Assembly: GCA_019057865.1 (NCBI GenBank)
Contig: JAHLWP010000002.1
Span: forward strand, 128,001-192,000
DNA: 64,000 bases
DNA from: Promethearchaeota archaeon
GTDB lineage: Archaea; Asgardarchaeota; Lokiarchaeia; Sigyniarchaeales; SOKP01
Direction of reading: 5' to 3'
The position numbers and the translations under genes were made by a program. The notes below the pieces were generated by a model. The model was not told where the DNA came from and made no database searches. It was given only the letters and a program-made list of their open reading frames with translations. Of the stretch, positions 49,377-59,433 are shown one piece after another (positions within the stretch are counted from its first letter, which is position 1; each line of letters starts with the position of its first letter).

Positions 49377-50273
49377 TTATTTTGTTAATTCTTCTAATGT
49401 ATCAACCTTAGCTGTTATTTTTTTTAATTTTAAGTCAAAATTTTTATCATTCTCTTTGTATTCTTCTTCAGATATCTCCTTAGCAGAGAATCTACCTTTA
49501 TTAAGTTTTCGCTCACTTGCTAATTCTGCTTTTTCCAATTTCAATTCTTGAATCCATAATTTCATTCCAACAACTAAGTCTTCTTTCTCAATTTCTAAAT
49601 CTGTTTTTTCTTGCTTATATTTTTCTCTTAGTTTTTCAAAAGTTTCTCGATCTATTTTATGTAACTTATGTTCTCTTGTTAAATTCTCAAGGTGAAAAAT
49701 TTTAGATTCAATATTAATATTGATCTTCTGAACTAAGAATGGTTCTTCCATTTTTTGCTTAATAACTTTTTCATTTTGTTTAAGCTCCTCAATAAATGCT
49801 TTAACAGCTTCTAATTTTATATTTAATTCTTTTTTAAAGCTGTTATCCCATTCATACCTTGAATCTTTTGTAGATTTTAGAATTTCATCTAATTTTTCAG
49901 TTAATACTTTCTTATTTAATTGGATGTCATTATATTCAATGTAAAAAACTATTTGCTCTTTTACTTCTTCAGGTAGAGGTTTTACTTCTTTCTTTTCTTT
50001 TCCTTTTTTCCATTTTTTCAGCTGTTTTTCTATGCTTTTCTCTTCTAATCGTTCCTCTTTTTCTATTTCTTCATCCGATATTAATTCATCTAGTTTCCCC
50101 TTAGTTTCTTTCTTTTCTTTCTCTTTTTTAGTATCTTTTATTTCAGGAGCTTTTTCTGGCTTTGGGATGCCGGGGATGCCGGTAAGCATAGGTTTACCGC
50201 ATATGATACAAAATTTATCTGTTTGTTTTACAGGGTTTCCACAATATGGACAAAATTTTGGCATTTTATTCAA
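49377..50273 (-). CDS. Zinc-ribbon plus charged coiled-coil protein
   Basis: CPYC..CIIC; two KIDRETFEKL / EISEEEYKE helical-hairpin motifs. Confidence 0.7.
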   Translation of the reverse strand: MNKMPKFCPYCGNPVKQTDKFCIICGKPMLTGIPGIPKPEKAPEIKDTKKEKEKKETKGKLDELISDEEIEKEERLEEKSIEKQLKKWKKGKEKKEVKPLPEEVKEQIVFYIEYNDIQLNKKVLTEKLDEILKSTKDSRYEWDNSFKKELNIKLEAVKAFIEELKQNEKVIKQKMEEPFLVQKININIESKIFHLENLTREHKLHKIDRETFEKLREKYKQEKTDLEIEKEDLVVGMKLWIQELKLEKAELASERKLNKGRFSAKEISEEEYKENDKNFDLKLKKITAKVDTLEELTK

Positions 50274-50457
50274 TTTTTTTTATATTTTTATATGATATTC
50301 TAAACTAAAATAATAAATAAAATTAATTGAGACCGATTTTTGAAATTTGAATTTAAAATAATTTGTTTCTTAATTTTTTTACATTAAATTATTATTATTT
50401 TATCGTTTTATATAATGGCAATTTATTTATTTTGCTTATCTTTTTTTGTAATTAGAA

Positions 50458-51876
50458 ATGGAGATTGAAAAGAAAATCCCTGTCCATATCGGATTATTTG
50501 GTCATATTGACTGTGGCAAAACTGCAATAGCCGAGGTACTAAGTGAGATAATTTCAACCGCTGGTATCGATGCTCATCCACAAAGTAAAGAAAGAGGAAT
50601 TACAATTGATTTAGGATTCACTAGTTTTGTCCTTGATAAATATTTAATCACATTAGTAGACGGTCCTGGTCATGCCGATTTAATTAAAATTAGTGCGTCA
50701 TCAGTAGAAATTATTGATTGTGCAATTGTGGTTATTGATATAAATAAAGGTCCTCAAGTCCAAACTGGTGAGCATTTAGTTATAATTCAATCACTCAAAA
50801 TTGAAAAAATTATTGTTGTTCTTAATAAAATAGATCTTTTTACTGGAAATGTTAAAAATGAAATTGAAAAAACAAGGAGATTTTTCAATTCTACATCATT
50901 TGGTTCAGATGTCCCCATTTATGCCGTATCTGCAAGAAGTAAGAGTGGATTTGAAGATTTAAAATTGGGAATCTTAGAAATGATTAGCTCATTAGAAATC
51001 AAGAGAGCCATTGATGGAAGTATTGTTATTCCAATTGACCATCATTTTCCAATCAAAGGAATGGGAGTAATTTTAACTGGTACAATTGTAAGAGGAATGT
51101 TAAAATTGAATGAAAATCTAAAAATTTTGCCAATAAAATCTTCAGGAAGGGTTAAAAGTATTCAGATTTTTCATCAGAACGTTAATACTGCAAAAGCAGG
51201 TGATCGCATTGGGATTAATATAAAAGGTGTAGACGTTAAAAAAGTATTTAGAGGTTGTTATGCTACGAATAATCCAGAATTATTTGATTTTTGTGATATT
51301 ATTGAAGTAGAAGTAAATTGTAATGAATTATTCAAACCTAAAACTAGTTTTGGAACCCAAATCCACATTACGATTGGAATGGTAACGGTTGCAGGAAATA
51401 TTTATCCATATTACAAGAAAGAAAGCAAAAAAATTCAAACAACAATTTCAAGTAAAGGAGTGAATTTTGAAGCAATAATAATGTTAAAAAAAAAGGTTTT
51501 AATCAGAAAAGAAAAAACTATAATACTTTTAAGCCGATTAGATTTACCACCTACTACTCTTAGGATAATGGGATCTGCCGAAATATTAAAACTACATAAA
51601 CAACCCCCAGTTTTTTATAAATATAAAACTAAGAAAGGGTATATTAAGAATCCAGAACATCCTGAAGGAATTATATGTACTGGATTAGCGCAAAGTGGGA
51701 CTGGTGCGAAAAAGATTGTTGGTAGAAAATTAGAATCCCCTTTTACAAAAGTTTTAAATACCTTTGGTACCAAGGGTGCTGTAATCGTGGGAATTGAAAA
51801 TAAAAATATACCCCTTAAGAAAGGAGGTCCCGTTCTACTAAAAGAGTTGAGAAGTTTTCAACTAAAAAACATTTAA
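50458..51876 (+). CDS. selB: Selenocysteine-specific elongation factor SelB/eEFSec (archaeal type)
   Basis: GHIDCGKT, ERGITIDLGF, DGPGHADL, QTGEHL, NKID, IDHHFPIKGMG, SRLDLPPTTLRI; no bacterial winged-helix tail. Confidence 0.93.
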   Translation: MEIEKKIPVHIGLFGHIDCGKTAIAEVLSEIISTAGIDAHPQSKERGITIDLGFTSFVLDKYLITLVDGPGHADLIKISASSVEIIDCAIVVIDINKGPQVQTGEHLVIIQSLKIEKIIVVLNKIDLFTGNVKNEIEKTRRFFNSTSFGSDVPIYAVSARSKSGFEDLKLGILEMISSLEIKRAIDGSIVIPIDHHFPIKGMGVILTGTIVRGMLKLNENLKILPIKSSGRVKSIQIFHQNVNTAKAGDRIGINIKGVDVKKVFRGCYATNNPELFDFCDIIEVEVNCNELFKPKTSFGTQIHITIGMVTVAGNIYPYYKKESKKIQTTISSKGVNFEAIIMLKKKVLIRKEKTIILLSRLDLPPTTLRIMGSAEILKLHKQPPVFYKYKTKKGYIKNPEHPEGIICTGLAQSGTGAKKIVGRKLESPFTKVLNTFGTKGAVIVGIENKNIPLKKGGPVLLKELRSFQLKNI

Positions 51877-51907
51877 ATTTTCAGAAATTATAATATTATT
51901 AACAAAG

Positions 51908-52342
51908 GTGGTTAGAATGGAAAAAGCTGAAATTGATATAAGCCAAGAAATTCTAGATGAGTTAATGCGGAATTTAGAAAAGCTGGAAGCCTCGACAGAT
52001 TTAGAAGGGTCTGCAGTTGTTTCAAAAACGGGATTAAGAATCGCAAGTTCTGAAACTGCTGATGTAGTATGGGATATCTTTAGTGCAAGCCCGGCAACTT
52101 TAATTTCACTTGGTGAAAAGATTAGTCAAGGATTAGAACAGGGTGAGTTGAGGGATATTGTCATTAGAGGGACTAAAGGATATACGATTATTTTAGTTGG
52201 TGCGGCTGACAATAATTTTATGCTTTTTACAAATTGTAAAAAAGGATATAAACTAGGATATTATTTTCATAAAATTAGAAAAGCTTTTAGAGAAATGGAA
52301 CCTGTTTTAAAGAAAATCGAAACTAAAGATATGATATATTAA
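51908..52342 (+). CDS. Roadblock/LC7 domain protein
   Basis: LEGSAVVSKTGLRIAS...LGEKI...LEQGELRDIVIRGTKGY. Confidence 0.85.
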   Translation: MVRMEKAEIDISQEILDELMRNLEKLEASTDLEGSAVVSKTGLRIASSETADVVWDIFSASPATLISLGEKISQGLEQGELRDIVIRGTKGYTIILVGAADNNFMLFTNCKKGYKLGYYFHKIRKAFREMEPVLKKIETKDMIY

Positions 52343-52365
52343 GATTACTTCTTTTTGGTTAACTT

Positions 52366-54207
52366 TTATCCATAAATCCATTTAACTGTATCTCCATCTC
52401 TTAAGTTATATTTATTAGATGATACTCCTGGGAAATCATCGTTAACCGTATACCGCCAATTTCCTTTTACTCCATCTATTTCCTCTACAAGAATCCCCAT
52501 ATCACCATAATCATGGTACTTAACTTTACACCATGTAATTAATGCATCAAAGGCTGTTGTATTATAATCTGTCAAATCAAAATTTTCTATAATTTTTACT
52601 GTTCCATTTCCATAATCTACAATTAAAGTAATATCTTCAACTTCTCTTTGTGGTTTATTTACTTCACCAACTTCTAAACTCGAGGTAAAAACAAAGAAAG
52701 AGGTAAAACTTGCTATTGCTATAATTGCTACTAAAATATATTTATTAAATTCCTTAACTTTACTGTTTACCTTCGAAGCAATCAGAGTAGTTATGGCTGA
52801 AATAAAACTTATTGATATGATAATCAAATAAGGTAGAAAATCTAATAAGAAATTAGTTCTTGGAGGTAACTCTGTTTTAAGTTCCCAAGGAATATATCCA
52901 TCAATCACCATCTCGAGCAAGTAACTGCCAACAGAAGTTTTAGTCCATAATAAAAGCCCTGTCCACTTCTCGTAAATTAAAGAAGTTTCTTGACCTCCTC
53001 CATCTTGAATAAACATTATTTTAATTGTTAAATCAGATTCTTCTATATTAACTACTCCGCTTACAAACCCTTCAGCTTCTTGTAAAGCTAATTTCTTCAC
53101 CCTAGTAATATTTTCCATAATCTGAATAAGAATTCCAGGTTGAAATTTGTTATATCCAAGCGTGAGAGCCCATGCTATTTCACTATTTGAACGATTAGTT
53201 AATGTAAAATTAGTTTGTAAAATGCCAGAATTGTTCTCAAATATAGCGATATCAAACCAAGCTATTGGATCATCAAAAATATTACCCCAATCATTCGGAT
53301 CCTTATTATAGAAACCAGTAAAGTTTACAACTATTTCCCCACCAGTATTAGTCTTCCAATCTCCCTCATATGAATTTCCTGGCCATGGAGTAAAATTATA
53401 CCAACCTACTGCTCCCCCAAATTGAAGAACATTATAATTAAAACCTGAAGTATAATCTAATGTAAAATTTAGAGATCTAACTTCAAGAAGGTACCCAAAG
53501 ACACTAGTTTTAGCCCATACCAATACTCCTGACTTTTTCTCATAAATCAAATATGTTTTTTGATTTCCTTCAATTTGTTCAAAACCAATATAAATAAAAT
53601 TATAAGTCTCTTCGATGTTTACTTCTCCTTTGATATCATATAATCCTCCAGGGTCAGCTTGATTTAAAGCTAATTGTTCAATATATGTCAAATTACTGAT
53701 AGGTATTAAAAAACCGGGTTGGAACATGTTATACCCAAGGGTTAAAGCTCTTGCGACTTCACTATTTGATCTATTGCTTAAAGTAAAGTTTGTATCTAAT
53801 ATGCCAAGATTATGTTCAAGTATTTCAATGTCAAGCCAAGGAATAGGATCCTCAAACACATTACCCCAATCATTAGGATCCTTGGCATAAAATCCCGTAA
53901 AATTAATCTTAATCTGACCTCCAGGATTCGTTCTCCAATTACCCTCAAAAGAATCTTCTGGCCAAGGGGTAAAATTATACCAACCAACTGGATCACCAAA
54001 TTGAGATACATTATAGACATATGGTTTATTGAACTCGAGATTCTGGTAATATTGAATAGGGATTTCAGAATTAGCTTTCACATTTGGAGTAAAACTTAAA
54101 AATAATAATTGGATTAACATCAAAACAGCAAAAAGGTAAGCACTATTTTTAATTTTTTTCATAATATTGACTCTTTCTATTTTATGGTCTATAGATCTTT
54201 TGTTCAA
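52366..54207 (-). CDS. Secreted/membrane protein with a duplicated domain of about 190 aa, two TMs and a C-terminal DUF4430-like domain
   Basis: Repeat YNVxQFG..VGWYNFTPWP...DPNDWGN occurs twice; C-terminus VDYGNG...TTAFDAL...GILVEEIDG..WRYTVN...LRDGDTVKWIY. Confidence 0.75.
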   Translation of the reverse strand: MNKRSIDHKIERVNIMKKIKNSAYLFAVLMLIQLLFLSFTPNVKANSEIPIQYYQNLEFNKPYVYNVSQFGDPVGWYNFTPWPEDSFEGNWRTNPGGQIKINFTGFYAKDPNDWGNVFEDPIPWLDIEILEHNLGILDTNFTLSNRSNSEVARALTLGYNMFQPGFLIPISNLTYIEQLALNQADPGGLYDIKGEVNIEETYNFIYIGFEQIEGNQKTYLIYEKKSGVLVWAKTSVFGYLLEVRSLNFTLDYTSGFNYNVLQFGGAVGWYNFTPWPGNSYEGDWKTNTGGEIVVNFTGFYNKDPNDWGNIFDDPIAWFDIAIFENNSGILQTNFTLTNRSNSEIAWALTLGYNKFQPGILIQIMENITRVKKLALQEAEGFVSGVVNIEESDLTIKIMFIQDGGGQETSLIYEKWTGLLLWTKTSVGSYLLEMVIDGYIPWELKTELPPRTNFLLDFLPYLIIISISFISAITTLIASKVNSKVKEFNKYILVAIIAIASFTSFFVFTSSLEVGEVNKPQREVEDITLIVDYGNGTVKIIENFDLTDYNTTAFDALITWCKVKYHDYGDMGILVEEIDGVKGNWRYTVNDDFPGVSSNKYNLRDGDTVKWIYG

Positions 54208-54344
54208 ATGTTCGTTTAACTAGGTTAAAATTCCTATATTTAATTAATAAAAAAGTACTATTCAATTTAAAACTTTTTCCTTTTTTATAAATTTGCAATG
54301 CCTAAGGATTTAAATAGACAAATCTCTTTAATAATATTAGCAAA

Positions 54345-55133
54345 ATGAAAGATGAAAATGGAAAAGAATTTGTAATTTATAAGGGAAAGAGACATTATGT
54401 TAATATCTTACGATTTAGTTCTTTAGAACGATATAAATCCTTAGATCTTGAAGATATAGAAATTAAGAACATCAGCGAAATTAAAGGATTAGAAGAACTT
54501 ACAGACTTACAACGTTTAATTTTCTATTACACTCAAATTCCTGAAATAAAAGGTCTAAATAACTTAAAAAATCTCGAATACTTAGACTTACAAGGAAATC
54601 AGATATCTGAAATTAGAGGTCTCGAAAACCTTACTAATTTGCAAGAATTAAACCTTTGTTATAATCGAATATCTGAACTGAAGGGATTGGATTCATTAGA
54701 AAAATTAAAAATTTTACGCCTATATGGAAATCAAATCAGTGAAATTAAAGGACTTGAAAATCTTAAAAATTTGGAAGTTTTAGAATTAGGAGCAGCCCGA
54801 TATCAATCAGGCAATCTTATAAAAGAAATTAAGGGGATCGACAATCTAATAAATCTTAAAGAATTACACCTTCCTTACAATCAAATAACAGAGATAAAAG
54901 GGCTTGAAAACTTAAAAAATCTTGAATTTTTAGACTTTCATAAAAATGAAATTTCAGAAATAAAGGGACTGGATAATTTAGAAAAACTATTTTGGTTGAA
55001 TCTTTCTCACAATCGAATAACTGAGTTTAAAGGTCTGGAGAAGCTTGAAAATTTAACACGGTTATTTTTAGAGCCTGAACTTCTGAAAGGCACGGTATAT
55101 GAATCAAAACCAGCTGATGAATTACTTAAATAA
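54345..55133 (+). CDS. Leucine-rich repeat protein (Sds22-like)
   Basis: 22-aa repeats of the form LxLxxNxIxEIKGLENLxNL. Confidence 0.92.
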   Translation: MKDENGKEFVIYKGKRHYVNILRFSSLERYKSLDLEDIEIKNISEIKGLEELTDLQRLIFYYTQIPEIKGLNNLKNLEYLDLQGNQISEIRGLENLTNLQELNLCYNRISELKGLDSLEKLKILRLYGNQISEIKGLENLKNLEVLELGAARYQSGNLIKEIKGIDNLINLKELHLPYNQITEIKGLENLKNLEFLDFHKNEISEIKGLDNLEKLFWLNLSHNRITEFKGLEKLENLTRLFLEPELLKGTVYESKPADELLK

Positions 55134-55169
55134 AAATAGATATATAGAAATGATTTATCAATTTTAATT

Positions 55170-55634
55170 TTAGAGTAATAACTTATTCTTAACTTTTTCT
55201 TTTAATTCTTGTAATGCTTTTCCCCAAGCTTTTTCAAAATAATTTCGTGCTTCTTGCCAGTTTTCATCTTTTCTCCAACCTGTATGGAAGAGATGAATAG
55301 TTGTTTTATTTTTTTCATTGGAATTGGATGAAAAAAATACGATTACATGTGTAAGAGGATCAGCAACATTCATAAATGATTTGAACTGAACTGGTCCCTT
55401 CCAATCAAAAGAAATAAATCTGTTTTCTTCAATTCCAGTAATTTTACATCCAATTGTACTATTGTTTTCTCTATCTTCTGGTTCCCAAAAAAGTTCATAT
55501 TTGCCTCCAACCTTAGGTTCTACTTCTGCCTTTTCAGATAACCAAGCTTCCAATAAGTTATTAATTGTAAACATTTTAAAAGCATTGTAAATATCACATT
55601 CAATTTCTACATTAATTTGAATTATATTTTCCAT
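55170..55634 (-). CDS. SRPBCC/AHSA1-like START-fold protein
   Basis: EPKVGGKY, ISFDW, TTIHLFHTGW, W..ALQELK. Confidence 0.85.
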   Translation of the reverse strand: MENIIQINVEIECDIYNAFKMFTINNLLEAWLSEKAEVEPKVGGKYELFWEPEDRENNSTIGCKITGIEENRFISFDWKGPVQFKSFMNVADPLTHVIVFFSSNSNEKNKTTIHLFHTGWRKDENWQEARNYFEKAWGKALQELKEKVKNKLLL

Positions 55635-55833
55635 TAAGAACGACCATTAGTATGATTCTTATATATTTTTTAAATTAGATGTTTGATATTATTGGTTATC
55701 ATTCTATTCTTAAAAAATTTCTCTATATACGTCTTAGATTTTAAAGATTGGGGAAATAGGAAAGAAAGCCTATAAATTTTTAAAACTTTATTTATTAATA
55801 ATCTTAACTAAAAAAGAAGAAGTAAAGATTTAA

Positions 55834-56451
55834 TTGGAATTAGAATCTGAAGTACAGGAACTAGATCAAGAAAAAGAAAATCACTCAGCTTGGCTTGAGA
55901 GAAAAACTTTTCGAATTGTCTTAAGTAGCACATTTGTAGCGTTAGCTATAGTTTTAGGATATATGCTTGCATATATTCCTAACATTGAATTATTTACCTT
56001 AACTATATTCTTGTCAGGCTTTATTTTAGGAAAGAGAGATGGGATTATTGTTGGATTTTTTAGTTCATTAATTTTTTGTTTTTTTAATCCTATAGGTGCT
56101 TCTCCTTTGCCACTCTTAACTTTCCAATTGTTTCATTATTCTCTGACGGGTTTTTTAGGAGCCTTGACCAGAGATTACTTAAAAAGAAAGACTTTTTTTA
56201 AACCAGATGAAGATATGTTTGTACTTCCTGTGATGGTGTTATTTGGTCTTATGGGGGCATTAATTACAATTAATTTTCAAATTTTTGCTTCGATGGTTGA
56301 TGTATTATCATTTTTTGGCACTATAGATGAATTTATACCATATTTTCTTACTGGCATAGTGTTTACAGTTACCCACATTATTGGAAATACTCTTGGATTT
56401 ATTTTTATATTACCTGGATTAATTCAACTAACTTACAAAATGCTCGATTAA
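55834..56451 (+). CDS. ECF transporter S component (cobalamin CbrT-like?)
   Basis: IPNIEL...LSGFILG, FNPIG, HIIGN; six TMs. Confidence 0.75.
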   Translation: MELESEVQELDQEKENHSAWLERKTFRIVLSSTFVALAIVLGYMLAYIPNIELFTLTIFLSGFILGKRDGIIVGFFSSLIFCFFNPIGASPLPLLTFQLFHYSLTGFLGALTRDYLKRKTFFKPDEDMFVLPVMVLFGLMGALITINFQIFASMVDVLSFFGTIDEFIPYFLTGIVFTVTHIIGNTLGFIFILPGLIQLTYKMLD

Positions 56452-56466
56452 GTTAGAAGAAACACT

Positions 56467-56607
56467 TTAAAAAATAGCAAGTAAAGCTATTGTTGAGGGT
56501 AGCATCATAACTAATATTATAATGAGACAAATTATCAACCAAATCTTTCTTTTTTTTGGTTCTTCATTATTAGATTCAATTTCATTCTCATCTAAGTAAT
56601 CTTCCAG
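56467..56607 (-). CDS. Possible 46-aa tail-anchored peptide (CTG start)
   Basis: GAGGT SD followed by (M)EDYLDENEIESNNEEPKKRKIWLIICLIIILVMMLPSTIALLAIF. Confidence 0.5.
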   Translation of the reverse strand: MEDYLDENEIESNNEEPKKRKIWLIICLIIILVMMLPSTIALLAIF

Positions 56608-56676
56608 ATTTAACTACCTCATAATATCTAATATTGACAATTAATAGTATATATTATAAATATAGAAGGAGATGTT

Positions 56677-57165
56677 TTATTTTGTAGTTGAAAGAAGAGT
56701 TACCTTACCGCCAGCAGCCTCTACTTTTTCAATCGCACTTTTTGAGGCTTTATTAACTGTAACATTTATTGATTTTTTAATTTGTCCTCGTCCTAATATT
56801 TTTTGGATATTAATACCATTTAAATTAATAGCATATTTATTTCCAGTTTTTGATGCTTTATTATTTAAAACAAGGTTTTCGATCTGATTATCAAGTTCTC
56901 TAATATTTAAAGTATTTACCTGGTAGATACGAACCAAATCTTGAGGTTTTTTAAATCCTTTTTTCCCAATATTCCAATCAGGATCCGGAAATCCTAATTC
57001 TTTTTGTTTTAGGTAATAACTCTTTTTACTTTTTTTCCATTGAGTTGTTTTACCTTTTCCTGCGCGTTGTCCTGCTTTCCTGTGTTGTCCTACTCTACCA
57101 TAACCCTGAGTGCGGGTTCCTCTTTTTTTACGTATTTTTCTTGGAAACTTTCTCATATATACCAT
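56677..57165 (-). CDS. rpl15: 50S ribosomal protein L15
   Basis: RKKRGTRTQGYGRVGQHRKAG, KILGRG, AIEKVEAAGG. Confidence 0.96.
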   Translation of the reverse strand: MVYMRKFPRKIRKKRGTRTQGYGRVGQHRKAGQRAGKGKTTQWKKSKKSYYLKQKELGFPDPDWNIGKKGFKKPQDLVRIYQVNTLNIRELDNQIENLVLNNKASKTGNKYAINLNGINIQKILGRGQIKKSINVTVNKASKSAIEKVEAAGGKVTLLSTTK

Positions 57166-57172
57166 TCACCAT

Positions 57173-57715
57173 CTATAACATCTTATAGATTAATTCATTA
57201 ATATATATACCCACATTTCCGAGAGTTCCTCCTTCCTTATAATGTTTTTTAATAGATCCGCGATATCCTTTTCTTGGAGGGTGTAAACGGAACACAGGTT
57301 TGATTTTATATATATCTTTCTCTCTATATTGTATTTCTCCATTTATTAATGATTTTGCTAATTCTTTAATAGTCTTATATTTTGTTAAATTTTTAATATG
57401 TTCATCTGTGAGTGGTTCATTTCCAATTACTCTTCCCCTAACTCTTAATAATCGGATTAGGGTTTTTTCATCAATTTCTCCAAATGTAATATAATCTTTA
57501 CATTTAACAAGCATACCCTTATAGGAAGGATTACCCCATACTAAAACTCCATGATTTACTTTATGCATTCTTAACATTTTTAACGTATCTAAAATCTTTC
57601 TCCGCATACCTGGGCTTCCTCTAATCCTAATTGCAAAAAACAATTTAGGGACCTCTTCTGTTTCCTTTGATTTTACTTTCTTTTTAGCCATAGCCATTTT
57701 CACACCACTCAACAT
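57173..57715 (-). CDS. rpl30: 50S ribosomal protein L30
   Basis: AIRIRG, TLKMLR, FRLHPPRKG. Confidence 0.95.
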   Translation of the reverse strand: MLSGVKMAMAKKKVKSKETEEVPKLFFAIRIRGSPGMRRKILDTLKMLRMHKVNHGVLVWGNPSYKGMLVKCKDYITFGEIDEKTLIRLLRVRGRVIGNEPLTDEHIKNLTKYKTIKELAKSLINGEIQYREKDIYKIKPVFRLHPPRKGYRGSIKKHYKEGGTLGNVGIYINELIYKML

Positions 57716-58330
57716 TTATAAATTAAAGTTAAGTTTATGAGCGTTTTTAAGGGCATCAAATGTTGCTTTAACAAGATTTTCGCTTGTTCTAGTATCACCG
57801 TAAGTTTTACTCCAAATATCTTCAATTCCAGCTAATCTTAAAACTTGTTTAACCTTATCAGCACATGCTAATCCTACTCCTACTGGAGCGGGCATTAGTC
57901 GAATCCTCACTGAACCACATTTTCCTTGAATTCTAAAAGGGACACTATGAGTCCCACCACATCCACATTCTTTACTTCCACAACCTCTAAGTACAGGTAC
58001 TACAGCGAGTTTCGCTCTGTCTATTGCTTTCCTAATAGCTGGACCAACTTCTTTACTTTTGGACGCACCAACACCAAGAAATCCATCAGCTCCTACAATT
58101 ACAACTGCTTTAAATCTACTACGTTGACCGCTAGCAGTCATCTTTTGAATCATCTTTATCGTCACAACAGCTTCACGTAATTGTGGGAGCAAAATATCAA
58201 TAATCTCTTTTTCTTTTACCACAAGATTATTTTGATATATCTTATCTATAGTAATCAGCCCTTGTACCACTAATTCTCCAAGTTTAGTCTTTGGAACCCA
58301 TTTTTCATCAATATTTCTTAAACGACTCAT
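57716..58330 (-). CDS. rps5: 30S ribosomal protein S5
   Basis: WVPKTKLG, KEVGPAIRKA, GKCGSV, KATFDAL. Confidence 0.97.
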   Translation of the reverse strand: MSRLRNIDEKWVPKTKLGELVVQGLITIDKIYQNNLVVKEKEIIDILLPQLREAVVTIKMIQKMTASGQRSRFKAVVIVGADGFLGVGASKSKEVGPAIRKAIDRAKLAVVPVLRGCGSKECGCGGTHSVPFRIQGKCGSVRIRLMPAPVGVGLACADKVKQVLRLAGIEDIWSKTYGDTRTSENLVKATFDALKNAHKLNFNL

Positions 58331-58344
58331 TTCTATTCACTTAA

Positions 58345-58938
58345 TTAAGCTTTACTTTCAATAGTTTTTAATGCACTTGAAAACAATTGATTAATCTTTT
58401 GAGGATCAATTCCTTGTTTCTTTATATATCCTGAGAAGATTTGTTCATACTTTTCCGGGTCTTCTCTTTTTAATAGCTTTGCGTAATTTTCAATATGAGA
58501 ACCTTTAATTCTTTCTTCTAAATTTTCTGGAAAAAATTCCTTTCGATAAGGAATCCCCATACCAGCATCGATAATACCCTTACAAGCGGCAAGTACTCGG
58601 TTTCTATGATAAAAAATACCGAGGTCAAATATACCTTCATTAATTTTTTTAGCTTTTGCTCTAAATCCTGCTAAATAACCAGTTAAGTAAGAAGCTGGGA
58701 GGTTTCCTGTATTAGCATTCCATGCATATTTTGAAACTAATTCTTTAGAAAATGCGGAGACTAGAACTTTATCTCCACGCAATTTAGACTGTACAATTTG
58801 AACCATAAGATGATTATTTGAGGCTCTTATAACTACTCTTAACTTTCTTGATTTTAATAATTTTAATCTTTTATGATAATCTGTTTTTCCTTGAACTCTT
58901 CGTCGAAATCCTTTTCTATATCGCGGACCTTTTGCCAT
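58345..58938 (-). CDS. rpl18: 50S ribosomal protein L18
   Basis: RRRVQGKTDYHKRLKLL, NLPASYLTG. Confidence 0.97.
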   Translation of the reverse strand: MAKGPRYRKGFRRRVQGKTDYHKRLKLLKSRKLRVVIRASNNHLMVQIVQSKLRGDKVLVSAFSKELVSKYAWNANTGNLPASYLTGYLAGFRAKAKKINEGIFDLGIFYHRNRVLAACKGIIDAGMGIPYRKEFFPENLEERIKGSHIENYAKLLKREDPEKYEQIFSGYIKKQGIDPQKINQLFSSALKTIESKA

Positions 58939-58940
58939 TT

Positions 58941-59402
58941 TTATCTACCTCTCCCCCTTCTTATTAATTCTCTTTCTTTAATATATCGATTTAATTGAGC
59001 AACACTAGTGAACATTCCACCTTTAGCATTTTTATATAATTTTCGATAGGTAGCGGTAGTGATTAGTTTACGATCTCTTAATTTTTTCAATTCTCGTCTA
59101 AGCGGACGAATTCGTTTAATCCAAGCTCTTTTTTTAGGAGTTCTGGCATACTTAGTACCTTTGCGTTTTCCTAATCCTCTTGCTCTACCTTTTTTCTTTC
59201 TCTCATGTCGTAGATTTTTTCGATATTTAGAAATTCCTTTTTTATATTTCTTCTGTATGGCTCCTTCCTTTATAAGGTTGCGAATATCCTCCCTAGTAAT
59301 AGCTAATTTGATATCCTCAATGAAATACGGATCAAAATATACTTTATTAATTCCACATTTAAGTATTTCTGAAGCGATTCTTTTCTGAGCATTTAAACTC
59401 AA
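58941..59402 (-). CDS. rpl19e: 50S ribosomal protein L19e
   Basis: QKRIASEILKCG, ITREDIR, YRKLYKNAKGG. Confidence 0.97.
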   Translation of the reverse strand: MSLNAQKRIASEILKCGINKVYFDPYFIEDIKLAITREDIRNLIKEGAIQKKYKKGISKYRKNLRHERKKKGRARGLGKRKGTKYARTPKKRAWIKRIRPLRRELKKLRDRKLITTATYRKLYKNAKGGMFTSVAQLNRYIKERELIRRGRGR

Positions 59403-59433
59403 TTCAATTCACCTTAATATTTTTCCTTTTAAT

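Noticed and set aside
49377-50273. CdvA or ESCRT-III identity for the zinc-ribbon coiled-coil protein
   Set aside because: Only generic charged helical-hairpin motifs; no PRC barrel or Snf7 signature recognised.
45811-51876. Selenoprotein genes or SECIS elements near the Sec machinery
   Set aside because: I found no convincing in-frame TGA read-through or SECIS hairpin by eye. A SECISearch/Seblastian-type run would be needed.
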